Assembly: GCA_000934665.2 (NCBI GenBank)
Contig: KZ538213.1
Span: 1 to 64,000, forward strand
Origin: Catajapyx aquilonaris
Taxonomy: Eukaryota
Length of the DNA: 64,000 bases
Direction of reading: 5' to 3'
This document shows positions 50,201-60,238 of the stretch, piece by piece; position 1 is the stretch's first letter, and each line of letters starts with the position of its first letter. The notes under the pieces are model-generated. The model was not told the DNA's origin, did not search any database, and was given only the letters and a program-made list of their open reading frames with translations. The position numbers and the translations under genes are program-made.

Positions 50201-53200
50201 CTAATGCATCTTCCCCCCTTGGCAAACTCGGCGAGGCAGCTCTTGGCCGGAAACCTAATGCTTTTAGAATGGGTATCACGTGACAGGTTGGTGGAAAGGG
50301 GGGTGTAGGGGAATCCCTGGGCGTCCTTTGGTAGCCCCCGGTTTTCTCCAACAGAACGCCATTATTTTTGCTCCCCATCCAAAAGCACCTGTGTCTCTCT
50401 CCAAAAAATAGCGTTTGTCACCTTATATTCCCAAGCACTCGCTTGTTTACAAGGTCCGAAATTTGTGGCGGTGGAAGCTTCTGCGGGTTCAAGAAACATC
50501 GATAATGCATCTTTGCTATTGGTGGTTGGTATAAGAGGCCTATAAATAGGAAGCGGAGATATGAGTCTCTTGGGACAGCTATAGAAAAAAAGGTAGTCCC
50601 AATTGCAGCTTGAGTGTCACTATGGGCCAAAAAGCTGCTGTGTACTATAAAGGATGTGAGGCACGCTTTCAAGCCAGGTTGCATTATTTATTTACTTATT
50701 TTATACCCCGCCAGCCTCGTAAATAAGGGAATACACACTTCTTCTGGCAGCCTGCTGCTGTATATATATACGCCCAAGAAACTCCAGATGCAAAACTTTC
50801 ACCCTGACTTTCTTAGTATTGTTCAATTCTTTTGGCTCGAGAAGAAGGTGAAGCAGTTTTGCAATCCGAACTTCTCCCTGGGAAACTTTCTCTTGCCACT
50901 TCCGCCGCATTCAAATGTTGTTTGATCCCTTGGAATCAGAACTCGGGGAGAGAAATGTTGGCATAGCAGAGCGATTGCCGCCAGCTCCCCCCCCCCCNCC
51001 CCCCCCCTTCCGAAAGAAAAAAAAATCTCCAAACTAGTCGATTCAATTTTCTAAGGCATGAATACCCTCTTTAAAAAATAGGCGACAATTTGCAGAGTGT
51101 AACGAGTGTCACGTGGTTAAATTTTTTTTTGGGGAGCTTGAATTATTCAATACTTTTTTCTCTATATGTTCGTAATGGCTTTACCTAAACGTGGAAAGTA
51201 AATGCGTTTGGAGGTCTGTGTAAAGGAGACGGTTAGCATACATTTGACATGCGGAATGTCACGTTAAGCCTCGTCTGTGACTGATAAGCATCCATGTCAG
51301 GGACTTGGAAGTTGTCAGTGAAGAATAGTTCCAAACATGATGGAGTCATTGCGAACGTTTTGCCAGTTCTTTTTCCCTCCTCAACTCTTCTCTTCGCCTT
51401 GCTCCAAAAGACGCAGAGAACGTGATCGGACTTTGAACAAAAAAAAGTGTCCTTTTATACTACAAAAGGGCAAGAAACCGGGCTTGTATGACAGTATAGG
51501 TACATTGTTACTGCAAATATGGCCCCCTCCGATTTTTCTGGGTCTGGCATTGGAAGTCATATTTCTGGCTCTTCGGAGAGGGCGGATTTATAGCCGCGAA
51601 AGTGACGTTTTTGGTGACCGTTGCGTTTATTCCGTCTTGGGCTTGATGGATGTCGTCGCCGCCATTTTGCAGGCTGACTCGCGAGATGGGCCTGGGCGTT
51701 GGAATGGAAAGGATTGGAGATGGGATTTACTCTTCTTCTTCTTCTTCTTCTTCTTCTTCCTTTTTTCCCCCCTTCCTGCCTACGTTTTCTTCTCGCCCAA
51801 ACCTAGTTGAACACGGTCGATCCGTCGGCCCGGAAAATTTCCTGCATCTGCGTTTTTTTGGGGGGCGGAGATTGTCACAGGTTTGTCCGCAGGAAACGGC
51901 TTTTGGCCTATGAATCGTAACTCACTCTTGCAGGAGGTGCGAGATTTGAATCCGGGAAATGTTTATGTCCCTCATAGCAATCTTCCCCTTGAAGATGTGG
52001 CCATGACATGGGCGGGTATTAGTATTCTAGTCTGGAAGTATGAAAACGTTTTAATCCAACATTTTTCGGAAGGGAGTCTCGCGAGTATATAAAGTTAGAA
52101 ATAGAATTTTCTCCAGGACTTTACACCAGAATAAAAAACACTGTACTGGAAACGGATGATGTAAAAGATCTCCAACAGACTGCTTGATATTCGGCGCATG
52201 AAACTGGAAGCCCAATCTGCTGCTTAATCCCAACATTAAGGCCTCTTGTCTTGTGTAACTCCGGCCCAGTTGACAGCTTTAACCGGCTTTTATTGCCCGG
52301 ACTTTGGACGATCTTTCTATACTCCACAGCAGCTGCTCTGAAGATAAGGGCTCCCCCTCCAGAACATTACTGTCACTTGGTGAATATGTACTACCAGAAA
52401 ACTTTTTTTTGTACTTGTGTTTTTACTGGGAAGGAAAAGATAACCGGTGACGGGCGTGTTTTTATTAATAATTTTTTTTTGTTCTTACCAGCTTGAACCG
52501 TCAAACTAATGTCTTGCAGTAATATGGAGATGTCATCCTGACCCATGAAAGGTCGTGACTTCCAAAAATGTCCACTCAGGTTCTGAACACTTCGAAAGAC
52601 AAACCGTATGGTTAATCCTGGCGTTATTAAAATTTAAGGAGGGTTATGTGGATTGATTTTTATGCGGATATATTGATTTGAAGTGCTGTTTTTGAATGGC
52701 CATTATTCCTCCAGGATCAAGTTGAACTCTTGCCTAAGTGGGTTCCCATTGGGTCTATTAATTAAATCTCCCATAGATCTGAACAAGTGTTGTCAATTTT
52801 TGACTATAGCCTACACGTCAAACCCAGATGATGATCCATCACATCGCGATTGACATTCCCTTACGTGTGTTAATGGTTGATATGAGCAGAAAAAAGTGAG
52901 TCGATCGTCTATACTTGACTCCTTGACCTTTTCAAATCAAGCTTTCCAAGTGGAATTGATTGCCTTCTAACTCCCCCCTTTGAATTGCACGAAGGTGCCC
53001 CCAAGAGGTCGTTCCACTTTGTCGCCAGAATTCATTAGAGGCCGACTTATATGAGTGGCCGACTTTAGTTAATAATACATCCGGAGGTCTTTGGGTTTGC
53101 GAATTGCGCGATTAATTTTACTGCACCCGCGAGTTTGGGATGGGGGACACGGTCTCGGTTTTGTGCTAATTGTGGGATTAACGTACTTGCAGGCTTGAGG

Positions 53201-56200
53201 CTGCTGCCTAGCAAGTAAAGACGCTCAATTGCAATGCGAGTAAGAACTTCAAACGTATGTTGTTGTGAAACTCACACTTGTAGAATTTTTTGCACATTTT
53301 ATAGCTTAAGCCTTCTGCAATATTATATACTAATTTTCATAAACTGTATGGTACTTAAAGCACCATGAAAACCTCAACTGGAACATGCCCTTGGTGTTTT
53401 CCTTTTGGGTCTCTCTCGCCTTTGAGAATACAGTCACTTATCAAAATGAGCAAAATTTACTGCACCTCGGCGTGTAACCACATTTTCCCTTATTTACATT
53501 GGTGCCTCTGACGTACAGTTTAAGTGCAGCAAACGCAGTGCCCCGAAGGGTTGCGGATATATACACGTTATGATGTCAATGTTAGGGTATATAATACCCA
53601 TTCTGAAGTAATAATTTGCATAATAGGTGTGCGGAGGGCGCTTCTTTTGCCCCCATAATCCAACAGCTTTTCAGAACATAACATTTACATTCAGGCAGTG
53701 AAAACCTCCCTCGTCTCGCTTTACGTACGCATAGCATATATATAGCATGTGCGTCATAGGACCTCAAGGGAAGCCCCATAAAAGCCATTTTTGCATGCAA
53801 AATAGGTCAAACAGGATACACCAGAAGTTAAAGCATCACATTGATATCCATATGACATCCTGGTGCATCCAAATTACACCTCATGGATATCCCCTGGATG
53901 CCCAAATGGCACAAGAATAGGATGTCCACAAGCTATCCAGGAGACATCCAGACTGGATGTCTCCTGGATATCTGCTTTATAATTAGCCTATAGCTTCAGC
54001 AGATAAAAGCGATACCTGACGAATTTTACAGGGTTCAATCTCAGCGTGGTCATGTTCCTGTACTCCCAGATTGCATCTAAAGTGAAGTTCCCAGGTTAAT
54101 AAGCTCTCTCGTCGGTTCTTCCTCGACATCACAAACACCCGTGTCAAAGGACGACACGGTTCGTCTTCCTCCAGCAACTTAGCCACCCCCATGTCTAATC
54201 CTCTTTCTTCTCTTGGACTCTCAGGGCCTGTTCTCCCGTATCACTTTCCGGGAGCCCGTATACGTCGGAGGCCCTGGAAACATGAGCGGAGTCCTGGAGA
54301 AGCTTCCGACCGACCACGGCTTCCGGGGCTGCATTCGCCATTTTGAAATCAATAATCACGTCTACAACTTCAATCTGCAGCCGCGGGGCGATGCTCTGAA
54401 AGGATTCGATATCGGTAAGCCATCTGCTTTTTTTTCTTTTCTTTTCTGACGGGGTTTTAGTTGGGTGGGTTATACGCTTTTTCTTGTCTTTCCTGCTGGA
54501 AAACTGTGGAAGACTATTTGTTCCTCATTTTTCAATGACGCACGAAAGGTTTGTACATAATAACTGGGTTAGCTGAATGTAATATAATTATGACTTTTAT
54601 TAGTTCTTGTTTTGTTATCAATAGGTTGATCTGTGTGCAGTTGGGACAGTTTGTGTTTGCAACAGGTTTGCCACATGCCACTGGCGACTCGCATGTGTTA
54701 GAAGCATGGGCTTTCCGACCCTTCTGCGACTATATAAGTACCTTTCAACTTCTAATCCAACAAAATGCGTTCACCAAAGTACAGAAAGAGAAAAAATCGG
54801 TCTGACGTGTTTCCAACCCTGTTTCGTCGAACCAATGGGAGATGGCCTTTAATGGCGCTCCCTTGTTAGCGGCTGGCAAACTGGCCTGGATCATGTCACG
54901 CCTCAGCCGATACTCGCCTTTCTCTCGCGGACCGAGTAATATCGGAATGTTCGCATGCTTCTGACATAAATGCACTGTGTGTATATCAAGTGTATTGTCC
55001 TTTTTTTCACCCCCGTAACGTCTGCGCTCGGTGGAGGCTCATTGAAACGGAAAATTCTTTCCCGGGTGATTCACCTCCTCCAAGGGATGCAGCTGTTACT
55101 GACTGCCATGGATAAGCGTTGCATTATGAAGCACAATCTCTTTTCCTAGCCCCCCCCCCCTTCCAACCCTCCCTGTGAATCGATCGGTCCATTAAGTGCA
55201 CAGCCCCACAAAGTGCCACACCAACTCTTATTCACCTTCATGGCCGCTGCTTTTATCCCTACCTGCGCCATTATTATTTCCTACTAGTTTTACGCATTAC
55301 TACCAGTACTACGTTGCTGTAAAATGCACTTTTCTCAATGAAAAGGAGCAGAAATGTCAGCTGAACTGTTGCGATATGTACTGGTGTGGTCACCTCAAAG
55401 CTATACAGATACGAATACCGCCAGTTGTCAAATACCGGCGTATGTTGTCATGGAGAACAAAGTAGTATGTGAAATTCCACTTTCCCAAGTTCCATTACGC
55501 ACCCTGACAAATCCGGAAGGTACTGCAAACATGTTTCCTCAAAAGCATCAGCATCTCGCGTGTTGCTGGCTGAGGAATTTCCTTTTGGCCCCAGCCATCA
55601 ATGGGTTTCGTGTCTCCCTCCATGTCTACCTTTCCAGAATGATAATAGGCTTCGTTTGCATAAAACACACAAACCCCAAGTTGTCAGATGGGTCTTCTCA
55701 AGAAAAAGTTTTTTTTGGGGGGGGTGGGGGTGGGGGAGGGAGCGAAGGGGGGGGGGGGATGGAAATTATTTCCGGATGCCGATTTATCGATTTGCAGAGT
55801 GTGGCCCACTGCATGCAAATGCCACATTTACTCCTTTGTTACAAGCGCGTGCAATTACGCTCTCCCCCCGGAGTGTCATGAAGTTAAACTCTGCAGAATC
55901 GACCCCCTGGTCCAGGTGGCCATTGTACACGCCCAAGTTTGAAGCATTTCGGCAATTCCACCAACCCTTTCCTTTCCTATACCCGCCCGAACAGAGGCTG
56001 AGAAATTAGCCTACATCTACAAATCTCCGGAGGTAATGTTTGTGCAGAATTAGGAATGCATTCATCGAGTGATCCAGCGCAGAGGTAATATAATCTGCAT
56101 TCAAAGTATAAAAGGAGCTGCTCCTTTTTTGTTGTTGTCTTTAGTCCTCTTAACGAGGCTACTGTATAGGCTTAGTGTTTAGTTTCAGGCCAGCAGACGA

Positions 56201-59200
56201 CAAAGTTAATTCAGTCTTGTCAACACTACTTGGACCGTCCTGAACGTTGAAGTCGCCTGATTAGTCTAGTAGCCTACTGTATGCTGTATTCAGTCAGATA
56301 GTTAAGTTATATTGTTCTGTTTCGACTTGGCCATTTCAGAGGAGTGCAGTACGGACCTGTGCAGCCGAATTCCGTGCCAGCATGGAGGAAAATGTGTGTC
56401 CATGTCTGTCGATGCGGCTGTTTGTTTATGTCCGATGGGCTTTATGGGTGAACTCTGCGAGACACCGGTCGACCTACAGGTGAGACACTGCTATAGTCAA
56501 CGCAGACTGTTGGGGACTCCAACAATATGTTCTTGCAGGTACCGTCGTTCAACGGGTCGTCGTACCTCAAGTACCCGGGGCTGGGAACGTCTGTACTGTC
56601 CTGGATGGACATCGAGATCACCTTCAAGCCGAATGCGCTGGATGGAGTGATGATGTACAACGGGTACAGGACGGACGGCGTGGGTGACTTCATGGCTGTG
56701 TACCTGTACGAAGGCTACGTGGAGTTCGCTTTCGACCTGGGTACCGGCGCTGCTGTCCTGAGGAGCGAGCACCCTTTGTCCCTTGGAGAATGGCACACTG
56801 CTCAGGTGTCCCGGACGGGTCGGCTGGCCATCCTGAGGGTGGACTCGCAGCCGGTGTCCCAGCTCATGACCCCCGGAGCCTTCACGCAGCTGTCCCTTCC
56901 CCAGAACCTGTACATCGGAGGCGTGCCAACCATGGATATGGTCTCGCCTAAGGTCAAAGCCAGGGCCTCCTTCGTTGGCTGCATACAAAAGGTTCGGTTA
57001 TTTACGAGCCGGGATTATTAATAATAAAAAAAGTTCCCGAGTTCATATCGGCAGCATGGTGATGCCAGCACGTGGAACTTTATAAGGGAACACCCCCATG
57101 CGATAACGCCTGCCTCTAATTAAATTATCAATCGTGAGTCACATGATGGAGGAATTTTTGCTGGTCCCCCCTGGTTGGCTTAAAATGTGATTACAAAGTA
57201 GGCGGGGGTTCGGTGTCCTGTCCCGTTAAATTTTAGCTCAGAATGGTGCGCGGGGGAATGATATGTATGCGGTGGGAAATGAGAGAGAATTGATGAGTTA
57301 TATTACAACCCCCAGTCGTTACGGATTAGCTCTTAAATGTGTGTTGCTGTATAATTGGATGAAGAATAAGCTACTTAATATTTTGTCTCGCATTGTAACT
57401 GTGAATATCATTTTGGAAAAGCATAAGTCCACATAATTCAGGATTATGCCTCATGTTTAGGTGGTGATAAATGACAAGCCTCTGAAGATCCTGGCTGCAG
57501 CCCTGGCAGGAGTGAACATCGAGAACTGTGCCCATCCTTGTGTGGCCGAACCCTGCGCACACGGAGGAGTGTGTGTCCCGAACATGGACTACTTCTCGTG
57601 CGAGTGTCCACTGGGTTACAAGGACACCCACTGCCAGACCAGGATCTGGAACGCAATCATCATCCCAAAGTTCCTCGGGGACAGCTACCTCCACTACACC
57701 GACTCAGCTACTCTCAGGAGGTAACAGCTTGTGTCCCCCCCAAAAAAATGTTTCGGGCACGTGGGCTTATGCAAAGATGACTAATCCAATGTTGTACCAA
57801 ACAGGATAGAGGGAGATAAGTTCGACATCAACCTCCGCTTCCAAACGACGTCTCGTTTGGGTATGCTGCTGTGGAGCGGACGGAGAGACATTTCGTCGCA
57901 CAGTGACTACGTCGCTCTGGGAATACGCGACGGGTACCTGCACATGCGGTACAACCTTGGAAGTGGAGAGGTGCTCATCGTCTACAACACTTCCAGGATC
58001 AACGACGGAAAGTGGCATCGGGTCAAAGCCCTCAGGTATAATACTGTACAAAAGGTGTTTCATAACACAACAGATCAGATCAGACCAATAAAGTGAATCA
58101 TTGTGAAACACCCTGTATACACATGAGTCATGGCTCGGGATGGGAGACTCCCGATCCCACGGGTAATTAATGAGCACAAAGAGTAGGGACGGGGGTGAGG
58201 CCCCTGGGCGAGCGTTTGGGGAAAAGAGTGTATCTCAAACATCATCATGCGAGGTCAAAAAAGCCGGCGAGTGGACTCGTTGTCTCGGTGGATGTTAAAT
58301 TATAGTGTTCAGTTTCCAGCCAGGAGTTAGAGTGGGATTTCCTGATGCTGTCATTCTCGCTAGAGACGCGTCATTTGCAGCAGGCTGTTGAGGAAAACTG
58401 TTGAAAACGCTGCTGGTCTAAGCAGGTTAGCCTCTAATACTACTTGAAGGGTCTGATTTCAAAGTGCGATGTATTTTGAGGAAAAAAAATACATTTTTAT
58501 ATGTTCAAAATAATTTTTAAAGCAATAATGTTTCCAGGTTAGAACAATCTTTGATGTTAACCTGTTTTAGTGTAGAATCGGTAATGAACTGAGATTGGTA
58601 GCAATAAAAAAAACTCAGTAGCTATTCAGAATCCTCAAGAACAGCTGTTTGGTGACAATAAGAGCACATTATTACTTTTTAGTAGCCCACATGGCTTGGG
58701 GAGCAATCAAATATTTTATGGGCAGTCCTTACAAAATGCTGACTTCATTATTTCAGCCGATTATGTCGCTGTAACAGCCAAGATATTTCCAGTTATGGCC
58801 AAAAATTATGTTTAAAAAAAATGCATTTGAAAGGTTCACGTACTGTCCACAAACAAAAGTTGACTGAAAATAATGGTTACACACCTCTGCTATAGTGTTG
58901 TGTGATATATTAAAATCAGTATCATTTTTGCACGTTTTAATCGTGCTTTTTATAAGAACTTTTTGTCACTTTGAGGCATTCAAAAAGTGTAGAGCAGGAG
59001 ACTTGTGATGTGCAACTGAATCAATCAAATTCTCAGAGAATTCCTCATAATGTATTGAGGAATAGAAGAACCGCCATAACTTATCATACCCAAATATATA
59101 TAATTTACGTTCAATGCGTGTCTGCATGATCGTAAAATTAGTGTTATATTAAGGTAAACTTTTCCTAGAATCATCATTTTCAATGAATTGTTGGGTTGTA

Positions 59201-60238
59201 GTCAAGAAGGTTGCACCAGTTCAGATGTTGCTGTTGTTGCGTTGTTTTTTTCTTGTTGCCAACAACTAATCACATACTCTCATTATTCGTGCAACAGGTT
59301 TTACCTCGTACTAAATACACGCAATTTATATGGAAGTTCATAAGGAAGCTCTTGGGATGAATCAGTAAATAGGGTCCTTTGTTGCCCGCTGCTGCCAAAT
59401 GTAAAGAAATCAAATGGTCGATAGGTAGATGGATAACCCGAAGCTTTTACGAGGAACAATACACTCTTTTCACCGGGGTCTAGTGGCCATACACATTAAG
59501 TAAGGGTGAGCATAGAGGTCTGATCTCCCCATGAATTCGTTATCAATGGTGTTCCAGCGGCAGTTTCTGAGCCAATAATCTGACATGTTTCTGGTTCCTT
59601 CCCCGACCATTCCAGAAACGAGCAGGAAGGCTCTCTGATAGTGGACAACGGTCCCCCTGTGAGTAATGTGTCGCCCGGAAAGCTGTGTCAACTCAACATC
59701 AATAACGGCCTGTTCATAGGTGAGTCACGGGGGTAATTTTCTCTCTTCTCAGAGAGTTTCTGCTCTTCCGGGTTTCTGTAGGAGACCCCCCNCCCCCCCC
59801 CCCCCCCCCCAACTGCAAGAGGCAGATATTGCTCTCTATGGTGGGTGGTGGGTGGAAGGGGGATTTATGTCTGCATGGCCAGATATGATCGTTTTCGGTC
59901 TGGCGAAGCGGGTAGCGGTATCGACATCCACGATCTTATCGCAGCCCCATGTCCTTTATGATAAATCAATTCGCGTTTACAGAAAAACCCTATTCAACCG
60001 GAACTGGGCTGAAATAATATTGCAGCAGGCTCATATATTGTAACTAACACTCTTTTCTCTTTCTCACATTGCAACTCTTGTGTCGAAAGGCGGAATGGAT
60101 GACATCAGCCATCTGTCCCTAAACAAGTACGACACAGGGATGGTTGGCTGCGTGTCAGAGGTGACCCTGGGCGAGGACTACCACTTGGACCTAGTGTCAC
60201 AGGCCACCACGGGCCGCAACGTGGACCACTGCGACTGA
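20078..60238 (+). CDS. EGFLAM: Pikachurin/EGFLAM-like (Drosophila SP2353-like) secreted EGF + laminin-G ECM protein; spliced, 5'-partial. join(20078..20194,38438..38947,43433..43634,46882..47026,54225..54414,56340..56479,56539..56991,57461..57720,57805..58035,59616..59719,60090..60238)
   Basis: All ten introns are GT-AG with matching phases (1,1,2,0,1,0,0,2,2,1). The joined frame is open to TGA at 60236-60238. The translation has four 6-Cys EGF modules and three LamG domains. LamG1 motifs FRFDCGSG and SRITFREPVYVGG resemble pikachurin-family LamG1 (recalled FRFNCGTG / SKITFR); no agrin or perlecan N-terminal domains are seen. Orthology is from recalled family knowledge, not a database search. 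Confidence 0.9.
21575..21709 (+). repeat. Local direct repeat of about 30 bp (TTAGCCTAAAATGG[T/G]TTGCATCATG[T/C]AAGG) x2
   Basis: Copies start at 21575 and 21680 and differ at 2 positions. Confidence 0.8.
23147..23230. other. Assembly gap (N run) flanked by G homopolymers
   Basis: N characters in the sequence. Confidence 0.99.
32145..32219. repeat. (GA)n microsatellite with one interruption
   Basis: Read directly from the sequence. Confidence 0.98.
32652..32705. other. Assembly gap (N run) after a G homopolymer
   Basis: N characters in the sequence. Confidence 0.99.
38438..38947 (+). CDS. EGFLAM: Coding exon: S/T/Q/P-rich linker plus EGF domain (CPLECGVGSCLVDPREDGYTYRCQCPLGRTGHRC)
   Basis: Acceptor atttcag (AG 38436-38437), donor g|gtatga at 38948. 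Lies within ORF 38383..38994. Phase 1-1. Confidence 0.88.
39384..39403. other. Assembly gap (N run) after a C homopolymer
   Basis: N characters in the sequence. Confidence 0.99.
39844..39960 (-). mobile_element. Possible 3' tail of a non-LTR retroelement ((AAAT)n tail on the minus strand)
   Basis: (TTTA)n run at 39844-39872 abutting unique sequence. No coding remnant seen; right boundary is approximate. Confidence 0.25.
41975..42101 (+). repeat. Dispersed direct repeat, copy 1
   Basis: Collinear blocks AAGATGTGAAGAAAA, TTTCTGCAGACATTTTT, TTCTGTGATAACGAGG, CCCAATAAAAA, AATGAGGGCG, GATTCCTGCTG and CAACAGC are shared with 44232-44335. Confidence 0.9.
42515..42555. repeat. (CCA)n microsatellite, about 13 units
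   Basis: Read directly from the sequence. Confidence 0.97.
43433..43634 (+). CDS. EGFLAM: Coding exon: start of LamG1 (GRFGGRGWVALP...MEFRPEAWDGMLML...GDFLALFLHEGFVEFR)
   Basis: Acceptor ttgtttcag, donor ag|gtgagt. LamG motifs in ORF 43414..43638. Phase 1-2. Confidence 0.92.
44232..44335 (+). repeat. Dispersed direct repeat, copy 2
   Basis: Same blocks as 41975-42101, with two short deletions. Confidence 0.9.
46882..47026 (+). CDS. EGFLAM: Coding exon: middle of LamG1 (FDCGSGLGLVRSTEPVQLHQWNRLTVYRHRWDAWLHLNSGKHAHGRSK)
   Basis: Acceptor ccttttcag, donor aag|gtacgt. Hand translation (frame not in ORF track). Phase 2-0. Confidence 0.9.
49939..49959. repeat. (GCA)7 microsatellite
   Basis: Read directly from the sequence. 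Confidence 0.9.
51731..51759. repeat. (TCT)n microsatellite, about 9 units
   Basis: Read directly from the sequence. Confidence 0.92.
54225..54414 (+). CDS. EGFLAM: Coding exon: end of LamG1 (GLFSRITFREPVYVGGPG...GFRGCIRHFEINN...GFDI)
   Basis: Acceptor ctctcag after a pyrimidine tract, donor g|gtaagc. ORF 54213..54449. Phase 0-1. Confidence 0.92.
56340..56479 (+). CDS. EGFLAM: Coding exon: EGF domain (CSRIPCQHGGKCVSMSVDAAVCLCPMGFMGELCE)
   Basis: Acceptor catttcag, donor cag|gtgaga. Phase 1-0. Followed by a 59-nt intron. Confidence 0.92.
56539..56991 (+). CDS. EGFLAM: Coding exon: most of LamG2 (VPSFNGSSYLKY...GDFMAVYLYEGYVEFAFDLGTG...LYIGG...FVGCIQK)
   Basis: Acceptor tcttgcag, donor aag|gttcgg. 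ORF 56527..57021. Phase 0-0. Confidence 0.93.
57461..57720 (+). CDS. EGFLAM: Coding exon: end of LamG2, EGF (CVAEPCAHGGVCVPNMDYFSCECPLGYKDTHC), start of LamG3
   Basis: Acceptor tgtttag, donor ag|gtaaca. ORF 57461..57724. Phase 0-2. Confidence 0.92.
57805..58035 (+). CDS. EGFLAM: Coding exon: LamG3 (IEGDKFDINLRFQT...GMLLWSG...DYVALGIRDGYLHMRYNLGSG...INDGKWHRVKALR)
   Basis: Acceptor caaacag after branch-like ctaat, donor ag|gtataa. Phase 2-2. Confidence 0.92.
58049..58115. mobile_element. Small Tc1/mariner-type MITE remnant
   Basis: Imperfect terminal inverted repeats TA-CAAAAGGTGTTTCATAA ... TTGTGAAACACCCTG-TA, with TA on both sides. Related TACAGGG ends at 5373, 5603, 25618 and 46194. Confidence 0.5.
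59616..59719 (+). CDS. EGFLAM: Coding exon: LamG3 (NEQEGSLIVDNGPPVSNVSPGKLCQLNINNGLFIG)
   Basis: Acceptor ttccag, donor g|gtgagt. Hand translation gives GSLxVD and LFIG LamG motifs. Phase 2-1. Confidence 0.9.
60090..60238 (+). CDS. EGFLAM: Terminal coding exon: end of LamG3 (GMDDISHLSLNKYDTGMVGCVSEVTLGEDYHLDLVSQATTGRNVDHCD*)
   Basis: Branch point taactaac (about 60041-60048), pyrimidine tract, and the first downstream AG is AAG at 60087-60089. Contains the LamG GC motif and terminal Cys; TGA at 60236-60238. Confidence 0.88.

Noticed and set aside
56497..56988. 163-aa antisense ORF, and antisense ORFs over the 38438 and 57461 exons
   Set aside because: These are shadows of GC-rich sense-strand coding exons.
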